64,000 nt of DNA from Nostoc sp. (lineage in GTDB: Bacteria; Cyanobacteriota; Cyanobacteriia; Cyanobacteriales; Nostocaceae), in contig JBALDB010000051.1 in assembly GCA_036918135.1 (NCBI GenBank), positions 160,001-224,000 on the forward strand. The letters run 5' to 3'. Position 1 is the stretch's first letter, and the number at the start of each line of letters is the position of its first letter. Shown here piece by piece: positions 54,640-64,000 of this stretch. Position numbers and translations under genes: made by a program. The notes beneath the pieces were generated by a model, which searched no databases, was not told the origin of the DNA, and worked only from the letters and a program-made list of their open reading frames with translations.

Positions 54640-55986
54640 TTACTCGATATAACCTGTGTGTTTCATGAAGCGTTCGGTGAATTTCTGCGATCGCTGCAAC
54701 GCTTGGTCTATAGAAGTCCGGTTAGTTAATGCGGCTGCTAAAGTTTGCCCGACTGAAGTACCGATCGCCTGAAATTCTGGAATATCAACGTATTGAACTC
54801 CCTTATACGGAGTTGGTTGTGCAGATGGACGGGTAACATCAGCAGATTGGATCGCTCCCAGCACGATTTGGGCAAAGGGTGCGGCTTTTTGATAGTTGGG
54901 ATTTTGATATGTGGAAGTCCGAGTCCCTGGTGGTACAGCAACCCAGCCATTTTCTTTTGCAACTAGTTGGATGTATTCCTTTGATGTTGCCCAAGCAACG
55001 AATTTTTGCGCGGCTTCTGGTGATTTGGAGGTTTTTGGAACTGCTAACGCCCAAGCCCAAAGCCAATTTGAGCCGTTGGGATATTTTTCGATTGGCGCAC
55101 GGGCAAAGCCAACTTTGTCATAAACTTGAGATTCTTTGGGATTGGATAACAACCCCGCAGCAACAGTTGCATCTACCCACATCCCACATTTACCTGTGGA
55201 GAATAATGCTAGATTTTCATTGAATCCATTGGAACTGGCTCCTGGCGGCCCATATTTTTTGAGCAGATCGACATAAAAGGCGATCGCCTCTTTCCAAGGT
55301 GGAGTATTGATCGTTGGTTGCCATTTCATATCAAACCACCGTCCACCATAGGTATTGACCAATGTGGAAATAAATGCCATGTTTTCACCCCAACCTGGTT
55401 TTCCACGCAGGCAAACCCCATAAACTCCATGCGCTGGGTCGTGGATTTTACTTGCCCATTCTCTCATTTGAGGGTAGGTTGGCTGTTGAGGAACTGTAAT
55501 CCCAGCTTTTTCAAACAAGTCTTTGCGGTAGTACAGCATGGAACTTTCCCCATAGAATGGCACGGCATAAAGTTTGCCGTTATTGGAAAGCCCTTCTCGT
55601 ATGGGTTTGAGTAGATCGTTTACGTCATAGTTTGCACCTAAATCTAAAGGCTTCAACCAATCCCGTCTAGTCCAGATTGGTGTTTCATAGGAACCAATGG
55701 TCATGACATCAAACTGCCCACCTTGGCTTGCAACATCTGTAGTTGTGCGTTGGCGTAACACATTTTCTTCCAGCACAACCCACCTCAGTTGAATATCAGG
55801 ATTATCTGACTCAAATTTACGAGAAAGCCCTTGCATCACCACCATGTCGCCATTATTTACTGTGGCGATCGTTAGTTTAGTCTTCTGGGCGGCTTGCGTT
55901 CGCGGTGAACAAGCATATAGCAGTTGTGCCAGTATCACTCCAGCCAGAAATGCAGCTAGCACTTTAGCGAAGCGGCGAATACGCAT
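54640..55986 (-). CDS. smoE: Polyol ABC transporter substrate-binding lipoprotein (SmoE/MtlE-like)
   Basis: Lipobox LYAC; TIATVNNGDM, LEENVLRQR, PFYGESSM, CLRGKPGWGENMA and WLWAW motifs of the sorbitol/mannitol-binding family. Confidence 0.88.
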   Translation of the reverse strand: MRIRRFAKVLAAFLAGVILAQLLYACSPRTQAAQKTKLTIATVNNGDMVVMQGLSRKFESDNPDIQLRWVVLEENVLRQRTTTDVASQGGQFDVMTIGSYETPIWTRRDWLKPLDLGANYDVNDLLKPIREGLSNNGKLYAVPFYGESSMLYYRKDLFEKAGITVPQQPTYPQMREWASKIHDPAHGVYGVCLRGKPGWGENMAFISTLVNTYGGRWFDMKWQPTINTPPWKEAIAFYVDLLKKYGPPGASSNGFNENLALFSTGKCGMWVDATVAAGLLSNPKESQVYDKVGFARAPIEKYPNGSNWLWAWALAVPKTSKSPEAAQKFVAWATSKEYIQLVAKENGWVAVPPGTRTSTYQNPNYQKAAPFAQIVLGAIQSADVTRPSAQPTPYKGVQYVDIPEFQAIGTSVGQTLAAALTNRTSIDQALQRSQKFTERFMKHTGYIE

Positions 55987-56047
55987 CGCATAACTCCTTT
56001 AAAGTAAAAAACCGAACAAAATAAATTTTTGATTTTATGCTCTAATT

Positions 56048-56063
56048 TTGGGCAAAAGCTCAA
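56048..56063. promoter_or_regulatory. Candidate SorC-family operator in the divergent smoE/xdh promoter
   Basis: TTGGGCAAAAGCTCAA is an imperfect palindrome. The half-site TTG(A/G)GCAAA recurs at 56953 and 56972, upstream of the regulator. Confidence 0.45.
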
Positions 56064-56134
56064 TAATAGAAATCATACCAATCTGATTTTCATCACGACC
56101 ATTTGCAACAATTCTTCAATAAGAGGTTGAATCT

Positions 56135-56938
56135 ATGACGGCAAAAGCAACTTATCAGTTTGCAGGTAAGACAATCCTAATTACTGGCGGTGCGGGAGAT
56201 ATTGGCAAGGCAACTGCACACCGTTTTGCTGCTAATGGTGCAGGAATAGCCTTGCTAGATTTGAATGAACCGAAAATGGCAGATGTGGCTGAAGAACTAA
56301 AAGGTTACAACGTTCCGGTTAGCACGTTTCGCTGTGATGTGACCGCTAGTGATGATGTTGCCAAAGCTTTTACTGGCGCTGTAAAGCAGCTTGGGCGAAT
56401 TGACTATGTATTTAATAATGCAGGTTATCAAGGATTATTTACCAAAACTGACGAATATCCTGAAGACGACTTTCAAAAGGTGATCGACATTAACGTTGTC
56501 GGTGTTTTCCACGTTCTCAAGGCGGCTGCACAACAATTACGCGATACAGGTGGAGGCGCGATCGTCAACATGGCAAGTTATGCGGGTGTAGTTGGGCCGC
56601 CAAATATGCTAGCATACAGCGCTTCTAAGTTTGCGGTGATTGGAATGACTCAGACAGCAGCCAAAGATTTAGCTCCTTACAATATTCGGGTGAATGCGCT
56701 CTCCCCTGCGTTGATTGGGCCTGGTTTTATGTGGACGCGGCAAACAGAATTACAAGCAGTAGTAGGCTCACAGTACTTTGATGCCGATCCCAAAGTAGTG
56801 GAGCAACAGATGATTAATTCAGTACCGATGCGCCGTTTGGGAAGCCTAGAAGAAGTAGCGAATGGGGTAGCGTTTTTGATGAGCGAAGAAGCAAGCTACC
56901 TTACTGGGTTTAACTTAGAGGTCACTGGAGGGTTATAG
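56135..56938 (+). CDS. NAD-dependent xylitol dehydrogenase-like SDR
   Basis: FNNAGYQG, GPPNMLAYSASK and GPGFMWTRQTELQA.VGSQYF..DPKVV.QQMI.SVPMRR closely match Gluconobacter oxydans xylitol dehydrogenase as recalled. Confidence 0.8.
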   Translation: MTAKATYQFAGKTILITGGAGDIGKATAHRFAANGAGIALLDLNEPKMADVAEELKGYNVPVSTFRCDVTASDDVAKAFTGAVKQLGRIDYVFNNAGYQGLFTKTDEYPEDDFQKVIDINVVGVFHVLKAAAQQLRDTGGGAIVNMASYAGVVGPPNMLAYSASKFAVIGMTQTAAKDLAPYNIRVNALSPALIGPGFMWTRQTELQAVVGSQYFDADPKVVEQQMINSVPMRRLGSLEEVANGVAFLMSEEASYLTGFNLEVTGGL

Positions 56939-57029
56939 AAATTTAAAGATAATTGAGCAAAAATTCTATACTTGGGCAAATATGTAAAAATTATTCCTTT
57001 GGTAAGTAGATAGTTTTTGAAGGTGGGAT

Positions 57030-58022
57030 ATGGGAGAACCTTTATTGGAGCGGCGCGATGCCAGCAAAGCTGGCTTGTCCCTTAGGACTCGCAAGTTGGA
57101 TCTAGCTGCTCATGCCGCTTGGCTTTATTACATTGCAGGCAACACACAAGAAGAAATTGCAACAAAGCTCAATGTATCCCGGCAAGCTGCACAACGCCTG
57201 GTTGCATTAGCAGTCAGTGAAAAATTGATCAAATTTCGCCTCGATCATCCCCTGAGCGAATGTATTGCTTTAGCTGAGTCATTACGCCATAAGTTCGACC
57301 TATCGCTATGTGAAGTAGTACCAACTGACGCAAGCAGCGGTGATATACTCAATGGCATAGGCGTTTGTGCTGCCACCCACCTAGAAGCTTACCTGATCGC
57401 AAAAACCCCGACTATACTGGCGTTTTCCTCAGGTCGGACATTGCGAGCAATGGTGGAGCAAATCCCTTCAATGAATCAACCTCAGCATAAAATTGTTTCA
57501 ATTATGGGCAATATGTCCCATTGTGGGCGTGCAGGTCGCCACGAAGTAGTGATGCATTTGTCCGATCGCGTCGGTTCCCAAGCTTACCCAGTGCCGACTC
57601 CGGTTGTAGCGACTAGCATTGAAGAACGGGAACTGTTACAGACACAGCGATCGTTTATCACTGTCAAAGCTTTTGCAGAGCAAGCCAAAGCAACATTTGT
57701 TGGAATTAGTCACATTGCCTGGAATGCTCCGTTACATCAAGACGGCTTCATCAATGACGATGAAGTAGCTGAATTAATTGACTTAGGAGCGGTAGGGGAA
57801 ATTGCGGGTTGGGCTTACAATCGCTACGGAGTATTGCTGCACAAAGGAACCAACAGCCGGGTTGCTAGTGTAACACTCGAACAACCGGCTCATCGACTGA
57901 TTATCGGTGTGGCAGGTGGTGTAAAAAAAGCCGAGGCTATTTTGGCTGCTCTGCATGGTAAGTTAATTACAGGACTAATTACCGATGAAGCAGCTGCCCA
58001 AGTTATTCTGAGTAAAATTTAG
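57030..58022 (+). CDS. SorC/DeoR-family sugar-binding transcriptional regulator (SmoC-like)
   Basis: AAWLYYIAGNTQEEIA...VSR helix-turn-helix, SGRT, GAVGEI and GLITDE. Confidence 0.9.
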   Translation: MGEPLLERRDASKAGLSLRTRKLDLAAHAAWLYYIAGNTQEEIATKLNVSRQAAQRLVALAVSEKLIKFRLDHPLSECIALAESLRHKFDLSLCEVVPTDASSGDILNGIGVCAATHLEAYLIAKTPTILAFSSGRTLRAMVEQIPSMNQPQHKIVSIMGNMSHCGRAGRHEVVMHLSDRVGSQAYPVPTPVVATSIEERELLQTQRSFITVKAFAEQAKATFVGISHIAWNAPLHQDGFINDDEVAELIDLGAVGEIAGWAYNRYGVLLHKGTNSRVASVTLEQPAHRLIIGVAGGVKKAEAILAALHGKLITGLITDEAAAQVILSKI

Positions 58023-58081
58023 TACTTGTTTGCGTTCAATCTTCAGGTGATATCTGTTCGAGTCAATCTGGCAGTACACTA

Positions 58082-59845
58082 TCAAATTCCATGACTTTTG
58101 CCAATGACCCAATTACGTCGGAAAAATCTAGCTAAAGCTGACTCTTCCAGCGATAAATAAATTGGGCGTCCATGAGGACAGGTGCGGGGATTGCGAGTGC
58201 GTTGCCAATTATCTAAAAGTGTCTGCATTTCTTGCAAATTCATGGGTGTACCATTACGAATAGCACTGCGACAGGCAACAGCTACTTGGGCTGTTTGTAA
58301 GTCACCTCCCAAACTTAATTCTAAAATTGCTTCGGCACAATCTTGACGTTGCTGCAACATTGCGGGTAAGTTACGAACTGCCCAAAGTTGTTCGCCAAAG
58401 GGTTCTATATCTAAACCGATGCGTTGCAATTGCGATACTTGCACTGGCGACAATTGATAAAGAATAATCGGCGGTTCAACACAAACGAGTTGCCAACTAT
58501 CGCATAATTGCTCGTACAAAACTCGCTCATGGGCAATGTGCTGTTCCACTAGCCATATCCCAGCAGGATGTTCGGCAACAATATAAGTGTTACTCACTTG
58601 CGCTACAGCTTTTAAAGAGTGAGGAGGACAGACGCGATTAATCGCGTCTGTACCAGAGTTAGGAATTTTATTATCTTCGTTGGAATTTTGAGGATTGAAA
58701 TTGTAACCACCTTTGGCCTCTGCGGCTTTGAGTAATTTACTAACTCGTGTTGTGTGGACAGTTTCTTTGAAATTCACAGAAGAAATCCGCAGTGCTTGAT
58801 TAATTCCTTGAATAATTTGTTCTTGCCAATAAGTGATTTGATTGAGATAAATTTCTGTTTTTGCTGGATTACGATTCCAGTTAATTTGATCCGGGGAAAT
58901 GGCAAGATGCAAGAAACAAATTGGATAGCGATCGCGTGGTAATGTTTTATGAAATGCTGATAATATTGTCTGCTCTAGTTCCGCTGACTTAATCATCCGT
59001 CCGTTAATTGCTACACGTACCCAATCTGGACGATGACGGTGACAGCGATCGGGTAATCCTACCACTAAGTTTAGTGCTGAGAGAGGACTGGGCACTGAGG
59101 ATTGGAGACTGGGGAGTGAAGAGTTAGGAGTACTGAGTTCTGAGTTTATTGGGTTGGGGACTTCGAGTTTCAATTCTTGCAAATCACCCTGTCGGACTTG
59201 GCGTAAAATCTGCGGTAATAGCTGCCCAGTTGTGGCGGCTGGAGAAATAGTGAACCATTGACGGTCATTTTGCCAAATCTGCCAGGTGACACGGGGATGA
59301 CATAGGGCAATTTGGTGAATTGTTGCTTGCACGGCTTTCATTTGCTGTGCTATTGTCGGCAATCCTTGACGGCGAGATGAACAGTTACCAAAAAGACTAG
59401 AGACTGTGACTACTGTACCAGGTGCGATCGCAGTTGCTTCAACTTGCACAACTTCCCCGCCATACCCATAGACAAATCGCCATCCTAATTTTCCAACCAC
59501 ACAATGACTCAAAATTTCTAAATCTGCCAAAGTGGTTAAACTGTGCAACGCCTCACCACGAAAACCCAAACTGTTAATTTTCCACAAATCGCCACTAGAG
59601 CGAATTTTACTGGTGCTGTGAGCTGTGGCTGCTTTATGTAAATCATCTAGATTCATTCCACAACCATTGTCGGCAACACGAATTCGCCATTGCTGCGGCC
59701 AAAGCGAAACCACAATTCGTGTTGCACCTGCGTCTAGGGAATTTTCTACCAATTCCCGCACTACAGAGGCTAAAGAGTCGATGACCTCTCCCGCTGTAAT
59801 CAGATATACAACTTCTGTTGGTAGAGCTTGAATAGTAGATGCCAT
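58082..59845 (-). CDS. mutL: DNA mismatch repair endonuclease MutL
   Basis: AGEVI, ELVENSLDAGA, LGFRGEAL, EQHIAHER and CPHGRP. Confidence 0.96.
   Translation of the reverse strand: MASTIQALPTEVVYLITAGEVIDSLASVVRELVENSLDAGATRIVVSLWPQQWRIRVADNGCGMNLDDLHKAATAHSTSKIRSSGDLWKINSLGFRGEALHSLTTLADLEILSHCVVGKLGWRFVYGYGGEVVQVEATAIAPGTVVTVSSLFGNCSSRRQGLPTIAQQMKAVQATIHQIALCHPRVTWQIWQNDRQWFTISPAATTGQLLPQILRQVRQGDLQELKLEVPNPINSELSTPNSSLPSLQSSVPSPLSALNLVVGLPDRCHRHRPDWVRVAINGRMIKSAELEQTILSAFHKTLPRDRYPICFLHLAISPDQINWNRNPAKTEIYLNQITYWQEQIIQGINQALRISSVNFKETVHTTRVSKLLKAAEAKGGYNFNPQNSNEDNKIPNSGTDAINRVCPPHSLKAVAQVSNTYIVAEHPAGIWLVEQHIAHERVLYEQLCDSWQLVCVEPPIILYQLSPVQVSQLQRIGLDIEPFGEQLWAVRNLPAMLQQRQDCAEAILELSLGGDLQTAQVAVACRSAIRNGTPMNLQEMQTLLDNWQRTRNPRTCPHGRPIYLSLEESALARFFRRNWVIGKSHGI
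58628..58651. repeat. Perfect 24-bp palindrome (small dispersed repeat) inside mutL
   Basis: ACAGACGCGATTAATCGCGTCTGT; same core as 4169-4226. Confidence 0.9.
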
Positions 59846-60148
59846 AAATTATAGTTTATAGCTTCTGGGGACAAGGCCGGATCGTTGGGGCAATATCTAT
59901 TCCATAAACAGATTTAGCATTGAGAGCTAAATCTGCTTATACAGAAGCTACATCTATATTTATGCCGTCAGTCGCCAGAATTCATAAATCTTATCAGCGA
60001 CTGGTGGATGTAGCTTGCTTCTCCGTAGGAGTATAAACAGGTTTAACTCCTCCACTGAATTGATTATGAATTTTGAATTTTGACTTGTGTATTCTCTTTC
60101 TGAATCAAGCTTTAATTTAAAATGTAAAACTTGATAACTGATAATTTG

Positions 60149-61198
60149 TTAATTAGTATCGCTCATTGCCAAAACTTTACGTGGTTCAAGTTTGAGCAAC
60201 CCATTCAATAACGATGCCGGACGTTGCTTGTAAGGCCAAGCAAAAGCATGACGAAAAGCTGCATCCTGACAAGCTTGGAGTTGTTCAAAACTAATAATGT
60301 TGTAAGTCAAGAGATTTTCATATTCCCAAGGCAAACGCACATTGTGTAAACCAGCATTATCAGTACAAATAGCGATATCGACACCAGCATCAAAACAACG
60401 GTCAAAAACTAATTTTAGTTGACGTATATCCTGTAAAGTACCAGTTTTCAAGTAAGTTGTCGGGCAAACCTCCAAACACTGCCCGCGTCTAGCTACATCG
60501 TTAAGTAACTCTGGATACAATAAAGGAATTTGGATGCCATGACCGATTCGCATCAAATAGGGTAAGAGTTGGGGATAACAACCAGCAGTAGTTTCAAACA
60601 GATGTCCTGTAGTGTTAACGTCGAGCGATCGCGCATAATCATATAGACTAATCCACTCTTCGAGGCGATCGGCATAATAGGTATCACCACCGGCTACATC
60701 TACTCCACAGATATACTGCTTATTTTGCGCCGCCAAATCAACAATCGCTTTGTTCACCTCATAGGGCAAACGTGTGTGCATACAAAGAATTTGGCTAGTA
60801 ACAATCGGATATTCTGGCAGTTGGCTAGCTTGTCCTACTACTTGCACAATTTCTGTCATCTTGTCAATTCTTTCTGATTGACTCAGATGCTCAGGTGTTC
60901 GTAAATAAGGAGTGTAACGCAGTTCCAGATAAGCCAAATTTTCAAAAATGTAAGCACCTCGCACCAAACGATAGATAAAGTAAGGCAAAGTTTCCACAGT
61001 TTGCACACTTTCTACCAAGGTGTGCAATTCTAGATACTCATCTAAGGTATTGCGTGGGCGAGTGTAAAAATCTTCAAATTCTGAATAGTCGGCAAAGCGG
61101 GAAATCAACTCCGAAGAATGTCGCTCAAAATATCGCCACAAAACTCGTGGTACGACCGAACCGCCCAGGTGTCTATGTAATTCAGCATATAAAGACAT
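60149..61198 (-). CDS. Adenosine deaminase family metallohydrolase
   Basis: ELHRHLGGS, YLELR, DVAG, HLFE, RIGHG, LEVCPT and TDNAG. ATG at 61198; the ORF track starts at 61237. Confidence 0.88.
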   Translation of the reverse strand: MSLYAELHRHLGGSVVPRVLWRYFERHSSELISRFADYSEFEDFYTRPRNTLDEYLELHTLVESVQTVETLPYFIYRLVRGAYIFENLAYLELRYTPYLRTPEHLSQSERIDKMTEIVQVVGQASQLPEYPIVTSQILCMHTRLPYEVNKAIVDLAAQNKQYICGVDVAGGDTYYADRLEEWISLYDYARSLDVNTTGHLFETTAGCYPQLLPYLMRIGHGIQIPLLYPELLNDVARRGQCLEVCPTTYLKTGTLQDIRQLKLVFDRCFDAGVDIAICTDNAGLHNVRLPWEYENLLTYNIISFEQLQACQDAAFRHAFAWPYKQRPASLLNGLLKLEPRKVLAMSDTN

Positions 61199-61348
61199 AG
61201 TGGTATTTTTAGGGAAAAATTTCACTAATTGTAACAAAAATATAGAAGAAAAAATCTAGACTCGAAAATTCCTGACTACTGAGGGTTAACTCTCAACAGT
61301 CAGCAGCCAATACGAAAAGATATGCTTTCTTAAATCAACGGCAGTTCA

Positions 61349-62236
61349 CTAGCTTTCCCGAACCAGCAAAACTGATTTCACAGGACGCTCAACCGGATTT
61401 CCTTCCAAATCAACCTTCCCGTAAAAGCTTTTGCCATTGTAGTAGAGCGAAGACGAACTCCCTCCATCCAGATTCATCGCTTTATCAGCACCAAGGGTTT
61501 TCATCAAATCAGCTAATGCTGGTAAGGATATCCCATTTGCCGGAACTGAGGGTTTTTGAGCTACCATAACTAAAATAACGCTACCATCACGGGTGATTCC
61601 GACGGCAGTTCTGGCATTGGGTTGGTTGCTGCCAAGTGCATCTCGTTTATTGGCATTATCTACAAAGCCCTCTTGTACTGAGGTGAGTTTTGGTAACAGG
61701 CTTGGACCTGCGCCTATAGCATCAACTAACTGACAACCTGCTGGTGGTGACTGACTGTGTAGGGCAATCGAATAGCTGATAGTTTGCCCACATGAGTAGC
61801 GGCGAAATTCTGTGCGATTAAAAATTTGACTCAGATAAGGTTTTAAATTCGGATTGTTCACCAACCGCTCGTTTTGTTTGGGATCGGCTACCAACTTTCC
61901 TTGTAAGACAATATAGGATGTAGATTTTTGGTTGGCTGGGTCAAAAAAGCCTGCGTTCAAAACAGCTACCACCCGATACTTCTGGGCAAATTCTTCTACA
62001 GTAGCTACCTTCTGTGATAGTGCAGGAGTTACCAAAAATCTGCTATTAGCTGGAATCAACAGAATATGAGCTATGCTTTGGGGTAAAGTGCGCTCGAAGT
62101 AGCGGATAGTTTTTGGTGGTGAAGATACAATACTCGGTATTGACGGTGTTAAGGAACGCAGATTAAACCACAACACCATTGCAAAACTAATTAATATCAA
62201 ACTACTAAGTTTGATTTTTCTGACTTTTAAACTCAC
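61349..62236 (-). CDS. Phosphodiester glycosidase (NAGPA) family protein
   Basis: NAGFF, GAGP, ARTAVG and AMNLDGGSS, with an N-terminal membrane anchor. Confidence 0.88.
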   Translation of the reverse strand: MSLKVRKIKLSSLILISFAMVLWFNLRSLTPSIPSIVSSPPKTIRYFERTLPQSIAHILLIPANSRFLVTPALSQKVATVEEFAQKYRVVAVLNAGFFDPANQKSTSYIVLQGKLVADPKQNERLVNNPNLKPYLSQIFNRTEFRRYSCGQTISYSIALHSQSPPAGCQLVDAIGAGPSLLPKLTSVQEGFVDNANKRDALGSNQPNARTAVGITRDGSVILVMVAQKPSVPANGISLPALADLMKTLGADKAMNLDGGSSSSLYYNGKSFYGKVDLEGNPVERPVKSVLLVRES

Positions 62237-62415
62237 TTGCGCTTAGCTCAAATAAAGTTGATTTAATAGTATTTTGACAATGTCTGTAAAATCTTAGCAG
62301 AAAAATACCTTCACAGTTTTGCCTGTTGGTTACTACCTAATGAACTAGAAAAAATCAAGTTTTCTAAACTGAATTAAGGTAGAACTAATTAAAAGCTCTT
62401 TTCTATACAGCTTCA

Positions 62416-62685
62416 TATAGGATTAGTATTTGATTTGTGAAAAAGCTCCGAATATTTGAAGAGTGGCAAAATCACTCATTTGTGTTGAAGAAACTACTCA
62501 AATATCCATTTGAGATTAGAGAACGAAGGAATCAAAGCACAGAAATGCCGCACCCAGGTTTTAGCTTGTAACCAAATATCCTCAATTAGATTTTCTGATG
62601 GGCAATTAGTGCCAAAGCGAACGCAATGAATTTTCCATTGCTCTTAAGACAAACCAAGGTTAATCTCGTTTAAAAAGTTTTAGTT
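62416..62685 (-). pseudogene. 3' remnant of an IS630-family transposase with its terminal repeat
   Basis: Minus strand translates to NFLNEINLGLS*EQWKIHCVRFGTNCPSENLIEDIWLQAKTWVRHFCALIPSF (degenerate P..NPIE..W motif). Ends at TATAGGATTAGTATTTGATTT. Confidence 0.8.
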
Positions 62686-62977
62686 AAAAGTAAAAATGCT
62701 GTTAGTTCTGATATTAACGCTTGGTTTAGCTGGGCGAGAAAGCAGAGGATTGTGCTGGCGATGTCAAGTGGGGTTGTATATACGGCGGAGGGTGAGACTG
62801 TGGCGGTTGCTCTAGATGATGCACAGATGCCCTTTGAAAGAGTGAAACTATCAAAAATTCATCAACAAACTACAAGAGCAAAATTTCTGCACTCTTTGGT
62901 TGCAATTCTTTGTGGAAAGTTAGTTAAGTGGCATAGGTAGTAATCAAACTTAGTATTTTTATTAACACAATGTTACT

Positions 62978-62993
62978 TGTATATTTAGCTACA
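62978..62993. promoter_or_regulatory. Candidate NtcA site TGTA-N8-TACA
   Basis: TGTATATTTAGCTACA lies in the intergenic region upstream of geoA. No canonical -10 box was found at the usual spacing. Confidence 0.4.
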
Positions 62994-63181
62994 AAATTAT
63001 TGATTTAGTTAAGTGGAAAGGTAGGAAAAGTAGGAAAAGTAAGACGTTTTAGTGAAACTCTTGATTATGTTGTTGATAAGCTGTAATTTAATGCATAGTA
63101 AATATTTGGCAAGAGTAACTTGTGAATTTTTCGATTACTAGAAGTAATTTCATTTATCAAAGATTAACAGCAAATGTCAAA

Positions 63182-63492
63182 TTATAGCGGTTCCCACTTA
63201 GATACGGCATAACATTATATCGCTAGGTGTACGGGCACGGCAGTGCCCATTGCTATCAACTTAAGCCCAAACTCCTTTAAAACCTCGTTTCTAGCCATAT
63301 GCTGAAAATGCTATTCTTGTGGCAAAGCCGCAAGTTAAGAGGCAGACCCTCTGATTAGGTGTTTTCAGTCAGAGACTGGAAACGAGACACTCTCTAAAAG
63401 CTGCTTATAGACTGGTTTTCACGTTAAGTTGACACCAGTAGATACTGCTGTACCCGTACGGATGTACCTCACGTAAACAAGAACCGCTATAA
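63182..63492. mobile_element. Nested MITE-like structure with four concentric inverted-repeat pairs
   Basis: TTATAGCGGTTC/GAACCGCTATAA; GTACGGGCACGGCAGT/ACTGCTGTACCCGTAC; TCAACTTAA/TTAAGTTGA; CTCGTTTCTAG/CTGGAAACGAG. Confidence 0.7.

Positions 63493-64000
<508 letters not shown>

Noticed and set aside
62752..62940. 62-aa ORF between the IS630 remnant and geoA
   Set aside because: GTG start, short and with no recognisable motif; cannot be supported.

Overview
AT-rich DNA from a heterocyst-forming cyanobacterium (Nostoc-like), judged from frequent HIP1 GCGATCGC sites, 7-nt tandem repeats and the psbK/psbM genes. From left to right: a bicarbonate ABC transporter operon (cmpA, cmpB, cmpC) with a flavodiiron flv4-PsiE-like-flv2 triplet lying between cmpB and cmpC; housekeeping genes (argJ, gatB, usp, psbM, ferredoxin, psbK, tgt, cobS, comF, GNAT); a tnpB-less IS200/IS605 right-end/omega-RNA-like remnant; a small biosynthetic locus (single-module glycine-specific NRPS resembling MysE, BT1-type MFS transporter, TauD/CAS-like oxygenase, EamA transporter, methyltransferase) next to a dead IS701-family element; metK and amino-acid genes; a general-stress block (YeaQ-like, csbD, TIGR02587/8-like pair, ChaB fusion, dps); a complete polyol uptake and catabolism cluster (ABC transporter, mannitol 2-dehydrogenase, xylitol dehydrogenase, xylulokinase, SorC-type regulator); mutL, adenosine deaminase, an IS630 remnant and the 5' end of geosmin synthase. 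Intergenic regions hold many MITE-like and small palindromic repeats, some nested. All family assignments come from motifs and recalled sequence similarity; no database searches were run.
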